The notes beneath the pieces were generated by a model. That model was not told where the DNA came from, searched no databases, and saw only the letters and a program-made list of their open reading frames with translations. The translations under genes were made by a program, and so were the position numbers. Below are positions 1 to 11,796 of a stretch of 64,000 nucleotides of DNA, in pieces; the stretch's first letter is position 1; every line of letters starts with the position of its first letter. Source of the stretch: Massalongia carnosa (taxonomy: Eukaryota); NCBI GenBank assembly GCA_965645245.1, contig OZ287085.1, forward strand, positions 496,001 through 560,000, written 5' to 3'.

Positions 1-719
1 CATGCCCGTCGAGAATAAGCAAGCGATATTCGCCTTGCTGTCGCTTCTTCGAATATGAATCAAATACACGTTTAAACCATTCGAAAGCGAGTCTATTATT
101 GGTCCAGCCCTTACCACTGATAACGATGTTTTTAACTCGCTTCAATTCATTCATTCAGGCCTTACCACTGATAACGATGTTTTTAACTCGCTTCAATTCA
201 TTCATTCAGGCCTTCCTTTGAGTCTTTGCTTTAAAGATGACGAAAGCAGAAAGAAGTGCTCCATCTGCAGAGATACATTCAAGAAGAGACACCCATTCCC
301 GGCTCCCATTCTGACACATGTATGCATTGAGGTTTGCCTTTGAAATCACTACTTTCTGCTTGCCTGCTTGACCTATTGCAAAGCCCTTCTCGTCCATAGT
401 ATATACGTCTCTTTTTTCAATGTTGTATTGCTTCATTGTGTCCGAAAAGAGCTTAAACCAATGATTGATTGTTTCGTAATTGACTGCGTTGATGCGCTCT
501 TTATCTAACGAAGTGCAAAAGCGAGATTTTAACGAATGATGTCAATTCAAGAACTTCTCCACCCAGTGACATCCCAATGGGGTATGATTTCCTCTTTTTT
601 TGAGAATCTCTTCTGCTTGTAAATTGATTCGATAAATCATTGGAGGGAAGCCCTATTTGGCCAATAATTCGATCCACTTTACTAAGCATTCCTCCTCAAT
701 GAAAGTGAGGCGTGTTGGA
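1..719 (-). mobile_element. Fot1/pogo-type (Tc1/mariner, DDE_1) transposase remnant, truncated by the window edge; contains a 51-bp tandem duplication (109-159/160-210)
   Basis: Minus-strand motifs VYTMDEKGF, REWVSLLECISADG, FVIFKAK and GWTNNRLAFEWF; in-frame stops present. Confidence 0.85.
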
Positions 720-982
720 TGTTAGATGATGAGGCCACCATCATCATGGGCATCCATCATGAGCCTCGGGAGGTGCCTTGCAAAGTGCCTAAACAAGCAG
801 AGATGAGAGACAAGGTCTGACCGTCAGGGGACAAGGTCTGACCGTCAGGAGGACAAGGTCTGACCGTCAGGGGGACAAGGTCTGACCTCCTAGATGTGAC
901 CGTTTTGTGACTGCTATATAAAGCAGACAAATAGCCCACATAGATAATCACCTTCAATGACAATCATGCTACTATACCTACA
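720..982. mobile_element. LTR-like repeat containing about four copies of a 21-23-bp unit (GACAAGGTCTGACCGTCAG, 808-888)
   Basis: TG start; homologous in inverted orientation to 1865-2086 (shared GGCATCCATC and TGTGACTGCTATA...ATAGCCCACATAGATAAT blocks); right end approximate. Confidence 0.55.
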
Positions 983-1080
983 AAGTGAATTTATATTTCA
1001 TAAGGCGTTGTTGGGCTTGATGAGCATTGTGATGAGATAATGTTTCAGATATCTTCCTGATCGTATGATAATAGCTGTAC

Positions 1081-1864
1081 TCATATTACTTCTAGCTTTT
1101 CTTCAACTTTCACACGCTTGACGGAACCGAGCTCGCCGTATTGCCTGTGTTTTGTAATCTTGTATCTTCTTTTGAAAGAATCCAGCCATTCAATAGAGAA
1201 TCTGAAAGGTGATTGATTAACGGTACAGAGGCAATCGTTTCCAAATTTCAAGGCCATTTCTCTTAACAAATCGCCCGACAAAGGCGCTCTTTTGCGTTGA
1301 ATGCGCTGTTGCCACTCAAATAAGGCCGTTTCTAATTCAGGCCAATGTGCAATTCGAGTTTTCTTCAGATTCGGGCGTAGCAATGCGTGAGATGTATCCA
1401 GATAAGCCCATTTATGTGAGAGGATTTTGGAAACTTGTCCTTTGTCAATTTTATGACGGTAAAGATTATCAAACCAAACGACCAGTTTTTCGTATTTCTT
1501 GTCATCTCCAGATACAGCATGATCTTGATAACGCTGTCGTAATGCTCGTCGTTGATCGTCGGTAAAGGCGTCACGCTTTTTTCTGCTTCTCTCTCTGGGA
1601 GAAAGCGGGGATGTGGGACGTTTTCGAGGATTTCGAGATGGAGGAGATGAAGTCTCCGGATTTTGACTATTATCTCTCAAAGAAGTCTAAGGGAAAGTCA
1701 TATTTACTATAAGAAGTCACCGCAAAATTTTTAGAGAAAGTTAAGAAACTTTCTAATAGAGCGAGGTTTCTTATCCCTCATCAGAAAAAAACCAGTCTTT
1801 TCGTCCGAGTTTCTTACTAGCCGAGGTTTCTTAATCAGCAGTTTCTTATAACCGGATCTGACTG
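1081..1864 (-). mobile_element. 5' part of a pogo/Tigger-like DNA transposon (CENP-B/Tc5 HTH region)
   Basis: ORF 1081-1680 has WPELETALFEW, LSGDLLREMA and FSIEWLDSFKRRYKI; terminus TA|CAGTCAGATCC at 1864-1866 with repeated AAGAAAC subterminal motifs; catalytic part missing. Confidence 0.8.
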
Positions 1865-2086
1865 TAATTATCTATGTGGGCTATCTACCTGCTTTTATAG
1901 CAGTCACAAAAAGCAGCCACGTAACAATGATGCTGTAGGCCTCCCATAGCTGCCTGTAAGGCACCTCCATAACTGCCTATTAGGCACCTCTTATAGGTGC
2001 CTGGCAGGCACCCGTGGGACTCACGATGGATGCCTATACTGGTGGTAGTCTGATCATCTAACCGATGGTAGCCTCACCATTTAACA
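1865..2086. mobile_element. Truncated LTR-like repeat, diverged inverted relative of 720-982
   Basis: Ends ...ATTTAACA; reverse complement aligns with 720-950. Confidence 0.55.
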
Positions 2087-3063
2087 GGAACGTTTGAGGA
2101 ACGTAATTGAGGCGGTGAAACATTGAGGAGTTAGCAGTGGAGGTAAGTAGCGAAGCATTTAATCTGACAATCGAAATCTGACTTGCCGATTTAGCCTGAA
2201 ATGGCTTCTATCAGTTAATATGAATGTATATGATGTGATCTATGAGAAATGAATTGCATGAAAAGAGTTCAAGCGCTAATAGAATAACATCATGACTCGC
2301 ATGAGTGATGATAATGATGATTACGACGAAATGAGACAATGATCTGCTGAATGAGCTATGTACGAGAAGATTAGACAAGACCTTATCTCCACTTTAGCCT
2401 AAAATGAATCAACACCTTAACTTGTGAACGTGTCTGCCGTACAGCAGTATTCATGATCACAGTCATATGCATAAAACCATTAACTTGGGCGTATTCCACA
2501 CTGGAGTGCTGATACGCAATCCGATTTCTTTGAAGATATATACTTGCCGCCCCATGACGTTCTGAGCACTTGCGATAAAGTACATAAATCATCGCCAATC
2601 CTATCACAAGCGAGAGGCAGATTATCAAGCCTCAAAATACAGTAGATTCTGAACTGCTGCAACTGATGAATTCATAATACTGATTTCAATCAGGAGCAAG
2701 AGCGATGCTTTTCATCGAAGTTGCCAAAACATGTGCAGGAAAATCATAACTCCAAGCATTGTTGAGAAGCAGCATAAATTCCGCCTATCATGCAAAATGT
2801 GTCTAGTCTGGCTAGTCAAACATGGCTCGAGATACAGCAAAATCAGGTTCTGAACATTCAGCGGCTCGTTTCCGAAATGCTGCTTTCGAGCTGAAACATG
2901 CAATAGTGAACTATGCCGGGTAGAAGATAATCAATTTCGACTATGATTTCACTCGCTATGGCGGGCTTTATCATGATATCAAGACCAGCCGGTTATGAAT
3001 GACAACAGGCTTGCAGCGTTCAATGGACCCGGAGTTATCCTGAGCATGATCATGGGTGCTTAA

Positions 3064-3200
3064 TTGGTAGAGCTGGAGGCACAAGCTCAGCACGGGCGGA
3101 CAGCGTTAATATGGGCAGCGGAACTAGACCACGAAACGGTGGCGGAGATGTTGCTGGACAAGGGCGCGGAGACGAATGCTCAAGGGAGAAGGTTTGACGA
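3064..3200 (+). pseudogene. Ankyrin-repeat gene relic
   Basis: GRTALIWAAELDHETVAEMLLDKGAETNAQG is one canonical ankyrin repeat; no intact gene around it. Confidence 0.7.
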
Positions 3201-3440
3201 CTTCCTGCTATTTGGAACAGTTCGAGCACACTGCTTAGGCCTTTCTGCTACCGCGGGCGAGTTCAAAACCTAGGAGTAGTCGCGTGCGTCAGCGAGCTCG
3301 ATCGTTCTGTCACTCATGTTCTGAGCTTTCAGCTTTGGACAAAAAATAAAGTAGTATTCTTACGCTGCTTTGTTCACCAAACGCTCAAACAGTTAAGTTT
3401 TAAGAAGAATGGGATTCAGTTCTGATTTATATGAATCGCT

Positions 3441-6418
3441 TTAAGATTCCACTGTTAAACTCTCCTTCTGCCACTCATTGAGAGCCTCAAGCGAAGACTC
3501 TGTTTTAGGATGTTGAGGACCTAGTTTGTGTTTTCGTAGCAGAAAACATTCTTTTAGCAGTGAAAGAGCCTCATCATTGCGGCCTTGAGACTTCCACGTG
3601 AATGCAAGGTTGCTCATGCTGGTCAGCGTGGAAGGATGCTCCGTCCCTAGCACCCTCGCACTCGTCTCCATCACTTGCACCTCCAGCTCTTCGGCCTCCG
3701 TCCATCGTCCTTGAATCCCATACGTCGACGCAAGGTTGCTCATGCTGGTCAGCGTGGAAGGATGCTCCGTCCCTAGCACCCTCGCACTCGTCTCCACCAC
3801 TTGCACCTCCAGCTCTTCGGCCTCCGTCCATCGTCCTTGATTCGAATACGTCGACGCAAGGTTGCTCATGCTGGTCAGCGTGTCTGGATGCTCCGTCCCT
3901 AGCACCCTCGCACTCGTCTCCATCACTTGCACCAGCTCTTCGGCCTCCGTCCATCGTCCTTGATTCGAATACGTCGACAAAAGGTTTTTCATGCTGGTCA
4001 GCGTGGAAGGATGCTCCGTCCCTAGCACCCTCTTTCTCGTCTCCACCACTTGCACCCCCAGCTCTTCGGCCTCCGTCCATCGTCCTTGAATCCCATACGT
4101 CGACGCAAGGTTGCTCATGCTGGTCAGCGTGGAAGGATGCTCCGTCCCTAGCACCCTCGCACTCGTCTCCATCACTTGCACCCCCAGCTCTTCGGCCTCC
4201 GTCCATCGTCCTTGATTCGAATACGTCGACGCAAGGTTGCTCATGCTGAGCAGCGTGTTAGGATGCTCCGTCCCTAGCACCCTCTTTCTCGTCTTCATCA
4301 CTTGCACCCCCAGCTCTTCGGCCTCTGTCCATCGTCCTTGATTCGAATACGTCGACGCAAGGTTGCTCATGCTGCGCAGCGTGCTAGGATGCTCCGTCCC
4401 TAGCACCCTCGCACTCGTCTTTATCACTTGCACCTCCAGCTCTTCGGCCTCCGTCCATCGTCCTTGAATCCTGTACGTCGACACAAGGTTGCTTATGCTG
4501 GTCAGCGTGTCTGGATGCTCCATCCCTAGCACCCTCGCACTCGTCTCCATCACTTGCATCTGCAGCTCTTCTGCCTCCTTTCGTCGCCCTCCACCGCTGT
4601 ATGCTATGGCTAGCATAGCCATACTATCCAATGTCTTTTCATTTTCTAGACCTAGCACCTTTTGCCTGGTTCTTGTTGCTTTTAGGGCCATTGTCGCTGC
4701 TTCAGCGTAACTCCCTTTCGCGCACGCATACCACGCAGCGTGATATAGTATCAAGGCCCAATCTTGTAATGAGCTATCGACAGCTGGCTGCTGCGCTACT
4801 GCCGACTTTGCGTGAGGAAAAAGCGCTTGACACTTTGTCCAATTCTCGTAATCTCCCGTCGGAAATACTGTACTGAGATTCTTGATGAACTGCTGCTTCC
4901 ATCTTTCGAGCTGATTGGATGCTTCTAGCCACTTTCTGATGGCAAGCTGCACTAGCCCGTGCATCTCAAAGGTGGTTTCATTCATGCTGATGGTGATGAA
5001 CGAGTAGTTTCTCAAGACAAGTATGTCGGCTTCAAACTCGTCGACGCTGGAATCGGACACGGTATCCTCTTCGCTATCGTCTTCTTGGTCATCATCTTCG
5101 TCATCTCCAGCATTTTCTCCCGTATTTTCATTTCCTGCCTCATTTTGTGTCTTGAGTAAAGCCTCAGGAATTCCCTGTCGATCGAAAAAGCTCATAAGCG
5201 ACAGCAGATTAGCCGCCGAAGGCCTGATCTGATGAATATGATCAAATGAAATTTGCCAGGTTATAATAATTGAGTTTTTAGCCTCCAAGTCCCTTCGAAG
5301 ATGTCCCCCTTCTTGATTCAAGAGACTTGCTTTTCTTTTATCATTCTTATGGAACTCATCTACGTACTGTCGTACAGAATATCTTGGTACTCTTAGTCGA
5401 ATGTATGCAGCCGCTTGAACAATAGCAAGCGGCATAAATTCAAGTGCTACTGCTAGCTCAGAAGTATCTTCTCTATCGATCTGTTCTCCCAGTTTCTTTT
5501 CAAGGAGCGTTAGCGCATGTGTATGATTCATCGGCTCAATCGGTATTATGTCACTTTCTTCCACTAGCTGCAATGCCACACTTTTAGTCCGGGTGGTGAC
5601 GAGAATCGAGCCGTTTCGGCTCTGAGGTAGATATGCTAACAGTGATTGCGTGGGCCCGCTGCTAGATCCGCTGACCTGCGCCTTCTGGCCCGTGAGAAGA
5701 GTTTCGAAAAGCACAGTAGCTTCGTCGGCATTGTCGAGGACCAGAGCCCACTTTCCGTTCTTCTCGTCACGTAACCACTTGTCAACTAGCCGGAATATGT
5801 CCGCCTTTGGGTCCCCCCTGCCAGGAATCTTGACTTGCGCTGCAATCTCTCTGTAACCTTGCTCGATACGGGCTGCGTTGCTGGCGTGTATCCAGAAAAC
5901 CCACGTCGACGGCAACTGCTCTCTGATTTGATAGCAGTATTCGATGGCAAGCTGCGACTTTCTTTGCGAAAGTAAGCTATTAGAACTAGCCTGAGGCCCT
6001 TTGGCTTACCCAACGCCGCCTAGGCCGACAAGCGCTACCCTTGACGCTGGCGCGGAGCACTTTTCGTGGATCTGATCAAGTAGCTTTCCGTGATCGACGA
6101 AATCAGGGTCGCGGCGGAAAGGAACAGTAGATAATGGGCTTGGTGGGGTATCGGGTCTTTCTACAAACGCAGAATGCTATCAGCCTTGGCTCACAGAACG
6201 CTATATCATTGCGAATGCCGACTTGCCTGGATATTGAACAATATTGTTTATCTGAGAGCCTAATCAGGATTTAGCATAAGATCAATATCGATGTGAACAG
6301 GACCCAGACCAATCACTTTCGCATGGCCTGAGACGTCACCGACCACAACGCCTTGGTTGCCAGAAATGGTGCCAAAATCCTTCGCGCCTGTAGAGACTGC
6401 TAGCGTGCTACCGACCAT
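3441..6418 (-). CDS. Fungal NLR (STAND) protein of about 937 aa: short N-terminal putative amyloid signalling motif + NB-ARC + TPR repeats
   Basis: Spliced by eye: exons 6418-6310, 6259-6227, 6160-6010, 5961-3441 (intron 2 is GC-AG). Protein starts MVGSTLAVSTGAKDFGTISGNQGVVVGDVSGHAKVIGSQINNIVQYPERPDTPP; contains VPFRRDPDFV, P-loop GLGGVGKSQLA, Walker B LVLDNAD, ILVTTR, LEFMPLAI, MHGLV and kinesin-light-chain-type TPRs. Confidence 0.92.
3602..4590 (-). repeat. Array of near-identical 126-bp (42-aa) TPR-coding repeats
   Basis: Seven GRWTEAEEL...VLGTEHPxTLxSMSNLASTY units plus divergent flanking units; one unit lacks a codon (near 3931). Confidence 0.95.
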
Positions 6419-6758
6419 TGCTGCGTCAGAAGATTGTAGACATTAGAGCTCGGAGCTATATTGAATAAGACTGAAAACCATTATCTTTTACCGTGCTCAG
6501 GACCGCATCTAGGCTCGGTCGGAAACTCGACGCCCACGACTTTCCAAAAGCACTGTTCATCTCTAAGTATAAATATAGGCACGGACTCGCCGATGGAGGG
6601 CTCCCCGCCATCATGCGGGATAGATGGCTGATAGAACCAAGGCTATGCACGTGCTGAAGCGCCTGGTCTCTCCATGCAGGCGCTATCACAATTATCTCGC
6701 ATAAGTTATAGTGCTAAATTTGAAGCACGACCCTCTGTATTGCGATGACAACGCCAGC

Positions 6759-8025
6759 ATGGCCGAACAATACGGATTAGGCGACCCCCTCTTTGATTCT
6801 CCAGAGGCGAATATAGAGTACGCACCGGATGTCATTTCTCGTCCGGGTTGCTTTGTACTGACCAAACAGTATTGTCTTCGTCCACGGGCTCGGCGGCGAC
6901 AGAGTGAAAACGTGGACATGGGAGGGTCGAGATAGATCGCTGTTGTGGCCGCAAGATCTCTTACCTCAAGCCTGCCCAACAGCTCGCATCCTTTCCTTTG
7001 GGTACAATGCGGACTTTGCTCACTTCTATCCGTTTGTTGGACCGAAATTCATCCCGGAGCATTTGACTATTGATGATCACGCGACTGCAATGTTCCAGAG
7101 CCTAATCGGTCTCCGCGAGAAAACCAAAACTGTAGGAATCGGCGCACCCCTACCCTTTCCACCAGAAATATGCTAATAGGATGTCTATGTCCAGGCTGAA
7201 CGGCCGATTATTTTCGTCTCGCACAGCCTTGGCGGTCTCGTGTGCGCCAATGCGTTGTCAAGGCACAATGGTACCGACATGGCTAGCACTACCCTCGTAG
7301 AGAGAACGATTGGAGTCGTCTTCCTTGGAACGCCCTTTGAGGGATCGTCAAAAGCAAAATGGGGAAGCAGGGCTCTACAGATACTGGGCTGGATAAGCAC
7401 CACGCATAAGCAGGATATAAAGGATCTTGAAGAGCGTTCGGCAAAACTCATCAGCGTTAACGAAGCTTTCCAGAAATTCCTGAAAGCACGGGATCGTTCT
7501 GAATCAAGAAAGTTTGTGGAAGTAGCTTGTTTCTTTGAACAGTATGCTATTTATAAGGGAGGGACGAAGATGGGATTTATCGTGCCCAAGGAATCGGCTT
7601 GCCTGCCTGGTATCGATCCACAGTCGATCCAGGCGAACCATGTTGATATGTGCAAGTTTGAGGATGAAGACCGAGAGGGATACAAGAGAATTTCACAAAA
7701 GTTGGTTCAATGGATATCGGATCTTAATAGCCGATCCAAAGGGTCTGGAGAGGATCAACAGGTCTGACAACTCTTTCGCGCGCTTGAAATCAGCTGAAAC
7801 CCAACAGAAACACTCGGTTCGTATGGGCGATGTTAACTTTAGGGACAAAATCGATAACAATCGAGGTGTGATTATGGGTCATGCAAACAGTACGGCCACA
7901 GACGGGGTTAGGATAACTGGAAGTAATATCACTGTAAGGATCACCTATCCTTTTGATAGCGAAGTACAAGCTGATAGAACATAAAGAATACTTATCATGG
8001 CATTAACCCAAAAGACTCTGTGTAG
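6759..8025 (+). CDS. SesB-like alpha/beta-hydrolase of about 350 aa with a C-terminal putative amyloid motif; candidate NLR effector
   Basis: Exons 6759-6817, 6870-7131, 7195-7761, 7808-7933, 7987-8025 join in frame. Motifs DIVFVHGLGG, LWPQDLLP, ARILSFGYNAD, RPIIFVSHSLGGLV, VFLGTPFEGS, CFFE, ANHVDMCKF; C-terminus HSVRMGDVNFRDKIDNNRGVIMGHANSTATDGVRITGSNITNTYHG. The last intron is the least certain. Confidence 0.88.
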
Positions 8026-8689
8026 ACCGAGGATAGGAAATGGCGGAACTACTAGTCAACATGACGGAGTCATTCTAGGACATTATTCAGGAACATGAAA
8101 TTATCAATTGACATTTTGACGTCTTTCGAAACTATTTTTTTCTTGCGCAGTCACCAGCTTCGAGTGGAGATTGACTTCTTGTGAGACGTGAAGAGCGCGC
8201 ATGGCAAGAGTTACAGGCTTCAAATATGCCGCAGCTAGAGGGGGCCACTTCCTAGAGCATACTTATTCGTCTTATGTCCAATCTCTAAATACTACCTTTA
8301 CTTCCGTAAGCACTTCGGAACAAAATTCTGACAAGATCTTAAATCATTAATGAATGAATAAGCTTCTTACTTCATTAATCCACGTAGATGCATCACCGAG
8401 ATTTATAAAGACGTGCAGTCAATGCTTACGTCTGTCGAGCCTTTGATAAAGTAGGCTGAAATTAAAACTCGATAGAGCATCATAATCGACGACAAAACTA
8501 AAGCTGAGACGAGCAATTACAATACATCAAGTCCTGACATCTATTCCTATCATCATCATTATCTCAGGTCGGTACGTTGACAGTATTGAGGTTCCGCCTT
8601 AAGATTCCAAAGCGTTTGAGCGAGGACTGAGGTTGGCGGGAAAATCTTCACTGATCCAAGTTGATAATTGGCTTGCGATTCATGGAGAT

Positions 8690-8905
8690 GAAGTGCAAGC
8701 CGCATCATCTGAAGGTCATGACCAAGCATCGCAGCTACTGCTGAAGATAAGAGTCAACGTGAACGCTCAAGGTGCTGACGGCGTCATCTAATGATCATGA
8801 TCGAGTGATGCATATACTGCTCGACAAAGAGGCTAATCCCAACGCTCAATGTGATATGACAGCGCATTACAGGCTGCATCAGCTGAAGATCATGACAAAG
8901 TAATG
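8690..8905 (+). pseudogene. Degenerate ankyrin-repeat relic
   Basis: Frameshifted copies of QAASSEGHD, LLLDKEANPNAQ, VNAQG and ALQAASAEDHDKV. Confidence 0.6.
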
Positions 8906-9207
8906 AACTTTTACTTGCTGATGATGCAATAGATTAGAAACATAGTCCAGCTTACTCGCTAGAATGCTATGAATGTTTTTTTCACTCCTATTGTAATAGT
9001 AAAATCGTCAAACTGAAGAACTAAATAGCTTCCTTTAACAACAAAGAACCATCTTTTACCGTCACACTCGCAATAAGAGCCCTCCGCTTTGGACGACGCA
9101 ATTGTCAAAACTCACTGTCTCGATAATGCGGCCGTTATAGTCAGCATTAAAAATATATTGAGAAGTTCAACAGCAAGCTCGACAAGTTAGAATGACTCGC
9201 TTGCGAT

Positions 9208-11796
9208 TAGGGCTCCGAAAATTTCGCTCTTCTGACAAGATGACACGAAAAATTCATCACGTGCTGACATGGACCCTGAATTTTTGGAAATTAATTACCT
9301 AAGCACACATAACTTATACGACAATTAGTAGAATATCGGAGTACCTCGATTTACTAGGTAATTGCACTTATAATCAGGAATCTTTCTAATATCATCTATT
9401 ATGTCTCAACGAGGTGGACGTCAGAAAAATCACCTGGTAGATGAGAATTTCAAGGATATCATTACTGAGGGCTTAAAAAATCCTCAACATCAATGCATTC
9501 TTTGCGGTCATCAATCAACCAGAAATGATGCTAGGGGACAACAGCATCTAAATCAATGTGATGCCTATCAATAAGAGAAAGCTAGAAAACAGAAGGGTAT
9601 TCTCAGTAATGCCTCTATTCAACTGCCAATCACTACGTTGATTCGTCCTCTTAATCAAGCCCAAATTGCATCAGCACATCGAGCAGCTGCGATGTCTGTC
9701 TATATGACAAATCTGCTATTTAACCACTTCGAAAAACCGTACGTTATTGCTCATCATCAGGCACTTAATCCGGGCTATAAACCTCCTTATTCTGGCCTTG
9801 TTGCTGGCAAGCTGCTGGACGAAATCTATGGCATCGTTAAATCGAAAGTTATCAAGGAATTGAATGCTTCTAATTACCTGAACTTCTTCACTGACGAGAC
9901 AGCCAACATTCGAAAAGAACGTGTTATAAATCTCTGTTGTCATGTTCCCCCGTCCGCCACCTCCAATGGAGGAGGATTTCAATTGAAGCTGATGCTGGTG
10001 TTGCCGAGAAGATGAGTGCTGTCGTTCAAGCTCAATGGGTGATAAAAGGTTGTAGGGAAGCAACCAACGATCAGCTTTGGAGAATCAATTGCATTGCTAC
10101 TGATACGTGTGCAACCATAAAGGCTATTTGGACGGAGATAGCAAAATTTCCAGAGATGAAACACGTGTTTTTCGTTCCTTGCGACAGTCATGGTCTGCAA
10201 TTGCTGATGGGAGACATACTGAAATTTCCATTCTTTTCGGAGGTTATAGAAAAGACACAATTGATAGTAACCAGCTTCCGGGGGTCGAATAAGGAAATAT
10301 CCATTTTAAGGGGTTATCAAATGAAGGTATGCCAAATTCTTGAATTATTAAACTTTCTGACAACCAACCTTTCTGATGATCAAACTTCTAGGCCTATCAA
10401 CAACGTCGTTCATTGATTCTTAACGTTCTTACCAGATGGGGAACGACGATAGGCTTATTAAACTCAGTCCTCAGGAATCAGCAGGCCTTATTGGATTATT
10501 TTCAACAAAAGAATCCCGGCATTGATCAGGGAAGAAAGAATTCTTTGAGAAGCTTCGTCAATGACTTTTCTTTTTGGAAAAAGCTGACTATTGTCAAGAA
10601 AGTGATGGATCCCATACATCAGTTTCAATACATGTCCGAGGCCGAAGAGCATAAACTTTATACCATAGCTGTAACGGTTCGACCAAGCGTGGTGCGGACG
10701 GCAGGACCTACAGCAAACATAGCAGGAGACCCAGTTATAGTAGAATAGAGCTTGGTCTGCGGACTAAGTATTGTGCCTTTTGGTCGGGAAGGACAGGTGG
10801 CGCAATGGTAGAAATCTATTCACTATCTCGCTTCGTCACAATAGCCAACACCTGGAATAAGATTCGATCTCATCTATATTCAGTGGCTGCCAATGAAGAC
10901 GACGAGACGGATTTGAATCATATTGCTCAGGTGATTTGGGAAGACAGATATCTCAGTCAGATTACTGAGCTTCATGTGGTAGCAGCTCTTTTGCTTCCTC
11001 AGAATCATGCTATAAAGGTGATTGGCGTATCTACGGAGCCGACATTTGCTCCGCTAATGCATAGATTTTTCAATCAATATCTGACTAGTGCAGAGGCAGC
11101 TACTGCCATGAAGCAATGGCTCGCATTTCGCGATCAAGAAGATGGCTTTCATACAAGCTCCGAATGCTGGACGTATCAAATGGATCCGGAGCTGTTTTGG
11201 AAATTCAGCAGAAATTTTGCATCAACCTTAGCAGCTTAGCCAGAAAGGTGATGAAACTTCCTGGTAATTCGGTATTGGCCGAAAGAAGCTGGTCGGTAAT
11301 GAATCTGATCATGAATAAAACGCGCATGAGCTCGATAAGCGTAGATAAACTCATGTTTATCTACATGAATGAGCGTACCCTCAACCGACCTGGGGATATC
11401 AAAAAGAAGTTAAAATTTGCTGGCATCGACATTGACGAAAGCGATCTATGTGAAATGGAAGACAGATTGCTGCAGGATGAAATTGTCATTAAGGAGTCCT
11501 TGACGTCATCGAAACGTCCGGCCAGTCAAGAGATAGGAGGTGATTCAGCGAGATCATGGGTTGAATAAGTAGAAATACATACAATTAATTGTATGACGAT
11601 GACCGGCAAAATTACGTACTTTTTAAGTTTACTATTTGCTGACTTTTCCCCGCTTTTCCCCCTTTCCGCACCTCCCTACCCACCCCCTCCCCCCCTGTAA
11701 ATAATCCATGAAAGTTTCACTTATGAAGATAACAGTGAAAGTTTCGCCCGATCGGGTTAGGCAAACTTTCAGTGTTCTTTTCAAATCGGAGCCCTA
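9208..11796 (+). mobile_element. hAT DNA transposon, full length, with a disrupted transposase (about 9401-11568)
   Basis: TIR TAGGGCTCCGA...TCGGAGCCCTA; 8-bp TSD CTTGCGAT (9200-9207 and 11797-11804); BED-like CxxC, FTDET, CDSHGLQL, TRW and AERSWS motifs; stops and frameshifts. Confidence 0.93.
10670..10840 (+). mobile_element. Solo LTR (family A, 171 bp) inserted in the hAT transposase
   Basis: TGTAAC...GTCACA; 5-bp TSD ATAGC; same family as 17677, 18077, 18491 and 33103. Confidence 0.92.

Noticed and set aside
720..2086. One large TIR element bounded by inverted repeats
   Set aside because: The two repeats are quite diverged and LTR-like with no TSD; better explained as two independent insertions
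2090..3000. Possible degraded NLR or hydrolase relic
   Set aside because: Only vague similarity; cannot be supported without a search
3574..4249. Overlapping 210-aa and 215-aa repetitive ORFs
   Set aside because: Alternative-frame shadows of the TPR repeat array
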